A DNA stretch of 42,707 nucleotides, taken from the sequence record DRR723986_11617; one strand, given 5' to 3'. The translations under genes were made by a program, and so were the position numbers. The notes under the pieces are model-generated. The model had not been told where the DNA came from, did not search any database, and saw only the letters and a list, made by a program, of their open reading frames with translations. Numbering within the stretch: position 1 is the first letter of the stretch; each line of letters opens with the position of its first letter. Of the stretch, positions 9,675-18,653 are shown one piece after another.

Positions 9675-10291
9675 CTCACCCGAATTTTCGGTGCAGGCGC
9701 GCCGCGCCGCATGCGATTTAAAAACTCATTTACCGGCGCAGGCTCGGCCACTTCGGCCAGACCCTCAGGGCGGTTTAGCCAAAATTCCTTCCAGCTGGGA
9801 AAGAGATCATGGAACGCCCCTTCATAGGGTTCGCGGCCGGGCCAACGCATTTTCATATCCCCAATCGGTGGTTTATTGAGGTCTGTGGCATACCAGTAGC
9901 ACGGTAAGCGGCGACGGAAAAACCAGCGGCCGTCTTTGCGCTCGTAATCGTCCCAGTAGAGCATTTGCATAATTACCCACTCACCGCCGCATTCGTGCTC
10001 GTTCTTGGAATACAGCACGCCGTGGGCATGGTCGGGGTCACTGAACTCGATAATGTGGTTGCCGGTATGGTGAGACGTGCCGGTAAACTGCAAACGTAGG
10101 GTATCATCGACCCACGCCTTCAAATGCGCGCGGCCGCTGTGCTCGCGGCTCACACGAATATCCTCAGCAAATAGATTCACATGGGCGTCCAGGTCGCGCA
10201 TATCCAGCGACAGGGCATACTTCGCCACCAGCTGGCGAATCTCATCCAGCGACTCAAGGCGGTCAATACGTTGTTCCAGAGAGTGTGTCAC
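9671..10291 (-). CDS. NTF2/SnoaL-like protein (BaiE/LinA/scytalone dehydratase-like fold)
   Basis: RIDRLESLDEIRQL..YALSLDMRD, SHHTGNH, YWDDYERKDGRWFF; 4-nt overlaps with both neighbours. Confidence 0.82.
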   Translation of the reverse strand: MTHSLEQRIDRLESLDEIRQLVAKYALSLDMRDLDAHVNLFAEDIRVSREHSGRAHLKAWVDDTLRLQFTGTSHHTGNHIIEFSDPDHAHGVLYSKNEHECGGEWVIMQMLYWDDYERKDGRWFFRRRLPCYWYATDLNKPPIGDMKMRWPGREPYEGAFHDLFPSWKEFWLNRPEGLAEVAEPAPVNEFLNRMRRGAPAPKIRVR

Positions 10292-11073
10292 GCCTTGTCC
10301 TCCCAGCGTGCGCTACCGGTATTCAGTTCTGCCATGCGCCCGCCGTCGACATTCAACACGGCACCGGTTATGTAAGACGCTTCGTCACTGGCGAGAAATA
10401 AAATCGCGTTGGCACATTCACGCGGGTCACCAATGCGGCCCAGTGGAATCGTTTTCCCCGTGGCGCGCTGAGTCTCTTCATCCGGGTTCACCGTTTCCAA
10501 GGCCGGTGTGAGAAACGCGCCCGGTACCACCGTGTTGACGCGTATCGCAGGCGCCCATTCAATTGATGCGCTCTTACTCAGGGCAATAACGCCCGCCTTG
10601 GCCGCGCTGTAACCAGCCGTAGCCACCGAGCCCGCCAAACCGCATACCGACGAAACATTGACCACGGCCCCGCGGTGTTTCTTGAGCTCGCTGTAAGCCT
10701 CGCGCATGAGGAACATCGCGCCATCCAGGGAAACCTGAAAGTTTTGATGCCAGGCCCTGGTGCTGTGATTCGCCAGCATACCGGGCACCATCAGCACCGC
10801 ATTATTCACCACAATATCGATGCGACCGAAGGTCGATAGCGTATCTGCCACCAACTGTTTTACTGCCGCCTCATCGCTCACATCCACCGACAGGGGCAGG
10901 CACTCACCACCGGCCTCGCGAATTTGCTCGGCAACAACTTCCAGCGGCTCAAGGCGGCGACTACAAATCACCACCTTGGCGCCTTCCTCGGCAAAGCGCA
11001 GCGCCGTTGCCGCACCGATGCCCTGCCCGCCGCCAGTGATGATCGCCACCTTGTTGTGCAGTCTATCCGCCAT
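10288..11073 (-). CDS. Short-chain dehydrogenase/reductase
   Basis: TGGGQGIG, NNA, YSAAK, VDGG. Confidence 0.93.
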   Translation of the reverse strand: MADRLHNKVAIITGGGQGIGAATALRFAEEGAKVVICSRRLEPLEVVAEQIREAGGECLPLSVDVSDEAAVKQLVADTLSTFGRIDIVVNNAVLMVPGMLANHSTRAWHQNFQVSLDGAMFLMREAYSELKKHRGAVVNVSSVCGLAGSVATAGYSAAKAGVIALSKSASIEWAPAIRVNTVVPGAFLTPALETVNPDEETQRATGKTIPLGRIGDPRECANAILFLASDEASYITGAVLNVDGGRMAELNTGSARWEDKA

Positions 11074-11100
11074 GTCTCTCTCCTTAACTAAATCGATATT

Positions 11101-12828
11101 TCAACGCAGGCACTGCTGCTGATCGCGCTGGTAATAACAGCGCCCACCGATCCACAGCTGGTCCACCTTGAAATTGAGTAATTGCTCAGGGCCTCGCAGA
11201 GGGTCGCGATCAAGCAACACCATGTCGGCCAGTTTGCCGGGTTCCAATGAACCCAGTTGTTCTTCTTGGAAGCTCTGCCATGCGGCGTCGATCGTTACCG
11301 AGCGAAGCGCCTGCATAATGGAAACTCGCTGATCGTCACCCAACACCTTGCCGCTGCGGGTTTCCCGTGTAACGGCTGACCACAACAGACGACCAATATC
11401 CATTGGCACTACGGGGGAGTCTAAGTGGGTGGTGAATCGCAGCTCGCGATCCAAGGCGTTTTTCAGTGGGCTGATCGCGGCGGCGCGCGCTGGCCCAAGA
11501 AATTGATCGCGGTGCCGGTCGCCCCAGAAGAAGGTATGCGCCACAAAGAAACTCGGCGTCATTCCCAATGACTTCATCCGGTCTAACTGGTCGGGCCTCG
11601 CTGTTTGCGCGTGAACCACGATGGCTCTGGGGTCGGCGTTTGGGCATTGCTGCTGGGCACGCTCGAAGGCGTCCAACAGCATATCGATAGCCGCATCGCC
11701 ATTGCCGTGGATGGCCAATTGATAACCGCGGCAATGATACGCGGCCACATCGTCGTCGAGCTGCTGCTGGGCATAACGGGCGAAGCCAACAAAATCGGCA
11801 TCGCTATGGCGGTGATACGGCATTGCCAGATATGCGGTGTAGCCCTGAATAGAGCCGTCCGCCACTAACTTAACGGCCGGTGTCGCGAATTTATTTGACT
11901 GAAAACGCTGTAGGTTCAATTCACCCGACAACAGCTTTTCACCCACCTGTTGCCCCATCGGCCAGGCAATCACACGCTGGGGAACGCGGTTCAGCATCGA
12001 CAAACCATAAAGTCCCTGCAACATTCGGCCATCCACGCCGCCACTCTGCACCGTGGTGACACCCGCTTGCAGGTATTGTTGGGTCGCCATATCTGCCATG
12101 GCGACAAAATCCAGCAAGGTAAAATCCATCGCCAGCGGCGCAACCAGATCCGTTGCATGCTCTAGCAATAGGCCGGTAGCGCGACCACTCTCATCGCGTT
12201 GAATTTCGCCGCCCTCGGGGTCGGGAGTCTCCGGGCCAATCCCCGCCAATGCCAGCCCAGCACTATTGGTCACCGCCAAGTGACCGGAGCTGTGCATCAG
12301 ATAAATTGGCCGCTGCGTTGACACAGCATCTAATTCGTCGCTGGTGGGGTGGCGCGCCTCAGTCAACAGCGAATCATCGTAGCCGAAGCCAAACAACCAC
12401 TGCCCCTCTTTCAAGGCTGACTCCGCGGCGCGCAACCGCGATTGAATATCGGCAATCGAATTCACGTTGCCGATTGGCGGGCTGCTTAAGTCGACACCCC
12501 GCGCGGAAAGTCCGGTGCCGGGAAAATGGCCGTGGGCGTCAATAAAGCCGGGAAGCAAGGTTCGGCCCTGCAAGTCGTAAACGGTGACATCGTCATCGAT
12601 TAACGCGCGGATTGCCGCGTTGCTCCCAACGGCCTCAATGCGCTCGCCGTTAAGCAGCAACGCTTCGGCAATGCGATTTTCCGCATCCATCGTGAGAATA
12701 TGGCCGTTAACGAACGCTTGCTGGCTCGGCAATGGTGGTTGCGGCCCCCGCCAACTGAACCACAATGCCGCCGCCAGTAAGGCGAGTAAACCCAGCAGCA
12801 ACGACAAGCTCTTTATCACTAAACGCAT
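11101..12828 (-). CDS. Amidohydrolase-3 (YtcJ-like) with N-terminal membrane anchor
   Basis: PGFIDAHGH, KLVADGS, AIHGNGD, VVHAQ, GSLEPGKLAD; hydrophobic N-terminus. Confidence 0.88.
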   Translation of the reverse strand: MRLVIKSLSLLLGLLALLAAALWFSWRGPQPPLPSQQAFVNGHILTMDAENRIAEALLLNGERIEAVGSNAAIRALIDDDVTVYDLQGRTLLPGFIDAHGHFPGTGLSARGVDLSSPPIGNVNSIADIQSRLRAAESALKEGQWLFGFGYDDSLLTEARHPTSDELDAVSTQRPIYLMHSSGHLAVTNSAGLALAGIGPETPDPEGGEIQRDESGRATGLLLEHATDLVAPLAMDFTLLDFVAMADMATQQYLQAGVTTVQSGGVDGRMLQGLYGLSMLNRVPQRVIAWPMGQQVGEKLLSGELNLQRFQSNKFATPAVKLVADGSIQGYTAYLAMPYHRHSDADFVGFARYAQQQLDDDVAAYHCRGYQLAIHGNGDAAIDMLLDAFERAQQQCPNADPRAIVVHAQTARPDQLDRMKSLGMTPSFFVAHTFFWGDRHRDQFLGPARAAAISPLKNALDRELRFTTHLDSPVVPMDIGRLLWSAVTRETRSGKVLGDDQRVSIMQALRSVTIDAAWQSFQEEQLGSLEPGKLADMVLLDRDPLRGPEQLLNFKVDQLWIGGRCYYQRDQQQCLR

Positions 12829-12879
12829 CAGCGCTTCTCCTTATGCCGACCTAACCTCGATCAACTAGCAATAGTTCAC

Positions 12880-15018
12880 TCACAGAGAAACCGCCAACTC
12901 ACGTGCACTGCGCACCGCGCCTTCGATGTAGCCGATCTGCGCGCTGTCGCCAATATTGTGCACATCCAGCCCGCTTGCACGCAGCGCTTCTTCAAGTGCG
13001 GTGTTCGCGTCTGCGCCCTGAGCAATAATGACGGTGTCGGCAGCAACGCGCTGGCTCTCGCCTTCTCGCTCGAACACCACCTCACTGGGCGTGATGGCAC
13101 TCACCGTGGCATGGGCCAGCAACTGCACACCGTGCTCAGACAGGCCGTGCAATACCCGCCAGCGGCGCACTATGCTGAGCTCAGAGCCAAAGTCCCTGCC
13201 GGGCTCAAGCACAGTGACATCCCGGCCACGCTCTACCAGCAGTTCCGCCACTTCCACACCAACCAGACCGCCGCCAATGATCACCACGCGGCGACCAATG
13301 GGCATATACAAGCGGCTGAGACGGCGCATGCGTTCAATATTGCGGTTCAGGCGAAACGCGTGCATCAATCGCAGCATCAACCGCTGCACAAGCGTCAGCT
13401 TGCCGTGGGCATCCCCTGCAAACAACATATCGCGTAGCGCCTCACCATCTAAAACGTGTGGTAGCTCCTTACCTTGCAGCGGCGGTGCCTGGCGACGTGC
13501 GCCCACCGCAAGCACAACGGAATCCGGGCGCGCCGCTCGAATATCGTCAGCACTTGCCATTTTATTAAGCACCACCTGGGCAGAAGAGGCCTCAAGCCCG
13601 CGCGCAAGATAATCGATGAGCTTGCCATTGGGCTCATAGGCGAGCGCCGCCACGCGCAAGGTGCCGCCGAGCTGGTCGTCTTTCTCCCACAGAGTCACCG
13701 TATGACCGCGCTCGGCCAGCACCCGCGCGGCCTCCATTCCTGCGGGGCCACCGCCAACAACCAATATGCTCCTCGGCTGAGGCGCCGGCACGCTGCGCAT
13801 CAAGCTTGCCTCCTCACCCGTCGCGGGGTTTACTGCGCAGCACAGCGCCTTGTTGATAAAAATCTGACTGACGCAAACGTAGCAGTATATACAGGGGCGA
13901 ATATCCTGCTGACGGCCGTCGCGCAGTTTATTGGGCAGCTCTGGGTCGGCAAGCAATTTGCGCCCCATAGCCAAAAAATCGAAATCGCCTTGGGCAATGT
14001 GCCGCTCCGCAACATCGGGCTCTATACGACCCACCGCAATAACGGGAATAGTGACCGCCGAGCGAATCGCCCTGGCAAAATCGATATAGCCACCGGGCTG
14101 GTGAACCAGCGGCCCCTCGGTAAAGCCAATGGCGCTGTTGTTTGAATACGCACTCACATTTATTGCGTGGCAACCGGCTTTGTCCAACCACTGCGACACC
14201 TGCACGGCATCGTCGAGCTTTATCCCGCCCTCGGTGCGATACTCACAGGCATCGAGTCGCACCATAATGGGAAAATCATCCCCCAAGGCAAGCTTGATCG
14301 CGTCTACCACCTGCAGCAGCAAACGCGCTCGGTTGGCTAACTCACCGCCGTATTCATCCTCTCGGCGGTTGGCATAGGGTGATAAGAAAGACGACAGCAA
14401 ATAGCCGTGACCGGCGTGAATTTCCACCGCATCAAAACCCGCCTTAGCAACACGCGTAGCGGCAGACGCGAAACATTCGATTACCCAATCGATGTCCGCC
14501 TGGTCCATTTCTTTGAAACGCGGGCCCTTGCCATCAGGCCCCGCAGCACGAACAAAATTGGCCATCTCAGCCATCGTCAGACCGTTACCCATATCGTTGG
14601 CTGCGGGCTTGGGTATAGACGGCACCAGTATTTGCCGCCCTTCGACCACATCGTAAGCAGAGACTTTTCCGCTGTGATTTAGCTGCGCGGCAATGCGGCA
14701 GTCATGACGATGAACCCGCTCAGCGAGGGTGCGCAAGCCCGGTAGAAACTCATCTGAAGACAGGCCCAACATGCGCGGCATCGACATTCCCAACGGCCAC
14801 GCCACCGAGCTGGTTTCCAGCACGATCATACCCGCGCCGCCTGCAGCCCTCGCCTCGTAGTAGTCCATCGCTCGGTCACCGAGGCTGCCATCTTCCAGAA
14901 TATACTCGGTGCCCATTGCGGCTAATATGGTGCGATTGCGCAGCCGCATGCCGGCGATATCACCCTCAGACATCAAGTGTGGATGGCGGCACTCGCCCAC
15001 TTCACGCACATCAATCAT
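12880..15018 (-). CDS. Multi-domain NADH:flavin oxidoreductase (FadH/BaiCD/BaiH-like)
   Basis: OYE barrel (EIHAGHGYL), Fe-S motif CIYCYVC...CAVNP, Rossmann motifs VVGGGPAG and IIGGGLVG. Confidence 0.9.
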   Translation of the reverse strand: MIDVREVGECRHPHLMSEGDIAGMRLRNRTILAAMGTEYILEDGSLGDRAMDYYEARAAGGAGMIVLETSSVAWPLGMSMPRMLGLSSDEFLPGLRTLAERVHRHDCRIAAQLNHSGKVSAYDVVEGRQILVPSIPKPAANDMGNGLTMAEMANFVRAAGPDGKGPRFKEMDQADIDWVIECFASAATRVAKAGFDAVEIHAGHGYLLSSFLSPYANRREDEYGGELANRARLLLQVVDAIKLALGDDFPIMVRLDACEYRTEGGIKLDDAVQVSQWLDKAGCHAINVSAYSNNSAIGFTEGPLVHQPGGYIDFARAIRSAVTIPVIAVGRIEPDVAERHIAQGDFDFLAMGRKLLADPELPNKLRDGRQQDIRPCIYCYVCVSQIFINKALCCAVNPATGEEASLMRSVPAPQPRSILVVGGGPAGMEAARVLAERGHTVTLWEKDDQLGGTLRVAALAYEPNGKLIDYLARGLEASSAQVVLNKMASADDIRAARPDSVVLAVGARRQAPPLQGKELPHVLDGEALRDMLFAGDAHGKLTLVQRLMLRLMHAFRLNRNIERMRRLSRLYMPIGRRVVIIGGGLVGVEVAELLVERGRDVTVLEPGRDFGSELSIVRRWRVLHGLSEHGVQLLAHATVSAITPSEVVFEREGESQRVAADTVIIAQGADANTALEEALRASGLDVHNIGDSAQIGYIEGAVRSARELAVSL

Positions 15019-16027
15019 CGCGGGTCTCCGCTACCAGAAATTGTCCGTACCAGCGCCGAAATTTGGCAAAGGGGCCGTCGCCATCGCACAACATTGGTTT
15101 TTCCAGATAGCGTTTCCGCGCCCAGATAATGCGGTCTTCTTCCATTTGCTGGCGAATATCATCAATAATCGCCTGCCCCACGCGGCCCACTTTTTGGCCA
15201 TTGCCATCGCGCTGAATAAAGGCGTACATCGCCTTGGTGTTGTGGGCATCAATCGGCGTTAGATTCGCCATTAGCACCGTTTCACATATGCCGCTGAAGC
15301 GCACGGTGGAGATCCCCGGGCCGATACTGCTGTTCTCAATCCGGCCTTCGATACGCCCCTTGGGAGTTTCCATTTCCGTTTCAAGCAAACCAAAACGGCA
15401 GTGTTCTTCAAAGCGCATCACCGTCGGCTCAGGCACTTCCGGTGTGCCGTGCACAAAGCGAAAGTGGGCAGCATCCACCGCATTTTCGCCAATCTCTTGC
15501 GGGTGAGTCGCAATATCCCATTCATAGATTTTTAGCTCTCCCCAATCATCTGTATCGGGTATCGCTTCATCAATCTGCGGCGGCTCAAACAGTGGCTCGA
15601 TCCCCTCAGGGTGATACCAAACATAAATACACTGGTTTTGCTCGCGCACCTGCCAACTGGGTATCACCTGCTCACACTTGGCAACCCGCGGCGGCATTCT
15701 TTCAGCGTAGGGAATGCCCGTGCACTCACCGTCGCCATTAAACTGCCAACCGTGAAAGGGGCAGACAATACTGTCGCCCACCACACGCGAGCCGCCGCCC
15801 GCCTGGTCGCGTATGCCGTAGCCCAAATGCGCACCCATGTGCGGGCAGTAGGCATCCAGCACTTTGGCTTCACCGGCTTCGGTACGAAAAATCACCAATT
15901 CCTGGCCAAAGTATTCCAGCGGCAGCGACTGCCCCACTGCCAGTTGCTGGGAGTACAGCACCTGAAACCAGCCGTAGGGCATGGGCAGCTCGACGCGAGG
16001 GCGTTTTGTAGAAGCAATAATCGTCAT
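15011..16027 (-). CDS. Rieske non-heme iron oxygenase, KshA/cholesterol-7-desaturase-like (start ATG 16027)
   Basis: PYGWF, CPHMGAH...CPFHGW, ENAVDAAHFRFVH, EDRIIW. Confidence 0.88.
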   Translation of the reverse strand: MTIIASTKRPRVELPMPYGWFQVLYSQQLAVGQSLPLEYFGQELVIFRTEAGEAKVLDAYCPHMGAHLGYGIRDQAGGGSRVVGDSIVCPFHGWQFNGDGECTGIPYAERMPPRVAKCEQVIPSWQVREQNQCIYVWYHPEGIEPLFEPPQIDEAIPDTDDWGELKIYEWDIATHPQEIGENAVDAAHFRFVHGTPEVPEPTVMRFEEHCRFGLLETEMETPKGRIEGRIENSSIGPGISTVRFSGICETVLMANLTPIDAHNTKAMYAFIQRDGNGQKVGRVGQAIIDDIRQQMEEDRIIWARKRYLEKPMLCDGDGPFAKFRRWYGQFLVAETRDD

Positions 16028-16031
16028 AAAC

Positions 16032-16796
16032 CTATCCTCGCACTGCACCGCCGCCGTCGACAGACAGCAGCTGACCGGTAATAAAAGACGCTTTGTCAGA
16101 GAGCAAAAACGCCACGGCATTGGCAATTTCTGCGGGCTCACCCAGGCGTTGCATCGGGGCGACCTTCCGCAATTGCTCCGCCATTTTGGGCTGCTCTTCA
16201 AAATACTTTTCCAAGCCTGGAGTGCGAATAACCCCGGGCGACACGGCGTTAATGCGAATACCCTGAGTGGCGTACTCAGTGGCAGCACTTTTCGTCAGAA
16301 TATTCACACCGCCCTTTGCCGACGCGTAAGCGGTATTAAACGCCTGGCCACGCAGCGAGGCGTTGGACGAAATATTCACAATGCTGCCACCGCCGTTAGC
16401 GAGCATGGCGTCGATCTCATACTTCATACACAGCCAGGTATTGGTCAGGCACAGCTCCAGCGTTTGGTCGAACACCTTGCGCTCAAACTGGTGAATGGGG
16501 CCGCTACCGCGACTCACCGCTGCGTTATTGCATGCCAGATCGAGTCTGCCAAAGCGCGCCAGGATGGCCGCGACAACTTGCTTTACCTCGTCCTCGGCAC
16601 TGACGTCACAGTGCATATATACCGCACGCTCCCCGTCCTGATTTAGCTCCGTAACACAACGCTGACCGGCCTCATCATTCACATCCAAAACCGCAACCCT
16701 GGCTCCCTGAGCAATCAATTCTTCGCAAATCGCGCGGCCAATTCCCGTTGCGCCGCCGGTGACTAATGCGACTTTATCCTGCAATGCTATAGACAC
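16032..16796 (-). CDS. Short-chain dehydrogenase/reductase
   Basis: TGGATGIG, NNAA, YASAK, VDGG. Confidence 0.93.
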   Translation of the reverse strand: MSIALQDKVALVTGGATGIGRAICEELIAQGARVAVLDVNDEAGQRCVTELNQDGERAVYMHCDVSAEDEVKQVVAAILARFGRLDLACNNAAVSRGSGPIHQFERKVFDQTLELCLTNTWLCMKYEIDAMLANGGGSIVNISSNASLRGQAFNTAYASAKGGVNILTKSAATEYATQGIRINAVSPGVIRTPGLEKYFEEQPKMAEQLRKVAPMQRLGEPAEIANAVAFLLSDKASFITGQLLSVDGGGAVRG

Positions 16797-16807
16797 TTTC
16801 TATCTCC

Positions 16808-17314
16808 TTAGGAAGCATGAACGCGGCGCACAGGGTGCATCGCGAATAAAACAATAAGCGGTACCACCAGCGCGGCAACCACCCCGGTATACACCGACTT
16901 CAACAAGGTAAAATCGACTCGGCTGAGTGTCTCCACGCCTGCCACAGAAAACAATACGGCGAGCACCGGCACGCTCAACAAGGCTGCCAGTAGCGCCAGC
17001 GCTAGGGCTTTTAGCGCATCGCGATGGGGCGCCAGCCAGCCCAGGTAGCGAATAAATGCGAATGGCGGTTGCACCGCCGCCAAGCCCAGCTTGGCAACTT
17101 TGCGGCGCTGCAGAGGCAGTACGATCAAACTGAGAATAAAAACCAGAATGGCGGCCGTTGCGATAAAGTCGACGATCACGCCCTGACCGCCCCACACCGC
17201 AAGGGTGGGTTTTTCCTCGCTGAGGTACCAGGCAAAGGCACCGTTTACACAGCCATTGATCACACCGTTGGTGGAGGCTTCCTTATAAATATGGCGGCGG
17301 CTATCTGAAGTCAT
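16808..17314 (-). CDS. Hypothetical integral membrane protein (about 4 TM; start ATG 17314)
   Basis: RBS GGAG upstream of MTSDSRR; four hydrophobic segments; first gene of the leftward operon. Confidence 0.7.
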   Translation of the reverse strand: MTSDSRRHIYKEASTNGVINGCVNGAFAWYLSEEKPTLAVWGGQGVIVDFIATAAILVFILSLIVLPLQRRKVAKLGLAAVQPPFAFIRYLGWLAPHRDALKALALALLAALLSVPVLAVLFSVAGVETLSRVDFTLLKSVYTGVVAALVVPLIVLFAMHPVRRVHAS

Positions 17315-17446
17315 ACCTACTCCAATTGCGTAATTGCTTTTAATTATTAGGCTCTTAGTATTGTTGGACACACGCATTTGCTAAAGCACAAAAACTTTCA
17401 GAAACGCCGACATTAAATACCAATAACGCGGCGCAAAGAGTGTCCT

Positions 17447-18535
17447 ATGACCATGCCTCAACCGACAGCCATGCACGAAATGCCCGTGCGCAAATTCCTG
17501 CGATTGCTCGACTATTTGGACAAAGTCGGCATCGACCAGCGCGCCATCGCCAAACGCTCTGGCTTGAATATCGACGATTTAATGGCAGCCGACGACGATA
17601 AAATGCTGCCCGGCTACCGTTATTCCAGCCTCTATGAATTGGCCGCCGAAGCCATGCAACAACTCAATATTGCAGTGCCCTGGGGCTCGGGAATAGGCAG
17701 CGATGTGTTTCGCTTTATGTGCTATAGCATTATCAATTGCCAAACCCTAGAAGATGCCCTGCACCGCGCACAGCGCTATCAGGAAATGCTCTACAGCATG
17801 ACCGGTTATCGCATAGAGCTGATTGTTGATGCCGGTACCGCAGAGCTTATTTATCACTTTGATGCCGACAAAATCAGCCCGGAGTTTTTGCCTGACAGCT
17901 GGGATCGCACGGAGTTTTCAGACACCGTTGCGAAAGCATCGGGTATGCGGGTATGGCACGCCTTTATGGGCTGGCTGGTCGGGCGCGACATTGAGCTAAG
18001 CGGCCTGAAAATTGCCGCGCCAGAATTCTCCTACGCCTACTCAGACAGCGTGAACAGCGTGATGGGCGTGCCGCCGCAATATGACTGTGACTACACCGCG
18101 ATTTGTTTCCCTGCTGAGTGCCTGCGCTACCGCACAGTTCACACCAGCGAATCGCTGGAAGCCTTTTTGCGCAACGCGGTTTACGCCCTCATTTCACAAG
18201 ACTCGCGGCCGGCAAGTACCGGCGCGGCCATCCGCTCCCTGTTAGCCAAAAGCGGAGCAGGCGCGCTGCCTAGCTTTGAAGATATGGCCGAAAACCTTCA
18301 CATGTCGCCGTCCAGCCTGCGCCGCCGCTTAAACAGTGAGGGCACCAGTTACCAGGAACTGAAAGACCACTATCGCCGCGACATCGCCATGCGCCACCTG
18401 CGCGACGACAAACTAAAAATTCACGAAATCGGCGAGCTACTAGGCTTTCTTGAATCCAGCTCGTTTATTCGTTCATTTCGCAACTGGACCGGCCTAACGC
18501 CAAAACAATACCGTTCTGAATTTATCGACGACTGA
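17447..18535 (+). CDS. AraC-family transcriptional regulator (OruR/VqsM-like)
   Basis: LHMSPSSLRRRL..EGTSYQ, LGFLESSSFIRSFRNWTGLTP. Confidence 0.92.
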   Translation: MTMPQPTAMHEMPVRKFLRLLDYLDKVGIDQRAIAKRSGLNIDDLMAADDDKMLPGYRYSSLYELAAEAMQQLNIAVPWGSGIGSDVFRFMCYSIINCQTLEDALHRAQRYQEMLYSMTGYRIELIVDAGTAELIYHFDADKISPEFLPDSWDRTEFSDTVAKASGMRVWHAFMGWLVGRDIELSGLKIAAPEFSYAYSDSVNSVMGVPPQYDCDYTAICFPAECLRYRTVHTSESLEAFLRNAVYALISQDSRPASTGAAIRSLLAKSGAGALPSFEDMAENLHMSPSSLRRRLNSEGTSYQELKDHYRRDIAMRHLRDDKLKIHEIGELLGFLESSSFIRSFRNWTGLTPKQYRSEFIDD

Positions 18536-18551
18536 GCCGTATCCCGGGCAC

Positions 18552-18575
18552 AAAAAAGGCGAGCCGCAGCTCGCC
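18552..18575 (-). terminator. Intrinsic terminator of the TonB-dependent receptor gene
   Basis: Plus strand AAAAAA-GGCGAGC-CGCA-GCTCGCC, i.e. hairpin plus U6 on the minus strand. Confidence 0.75.
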
Positions 18576-18653
18576 ATAGAGGGGATATTCGAGAGTCGCG
18601 CAAACCAGAGCAACACCATGTGTCGCCCTGGCGCTGAACCCTGACGCTGAACC

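Noticed and set aside
16028-16288. N-terminal extension of the Rieske ORF (15011..16288 in the track)
   Set aside because: It overlaps the SDR gene in another frame; Rieske-like sequence starts at ATG 16027, just after the SDR stop.
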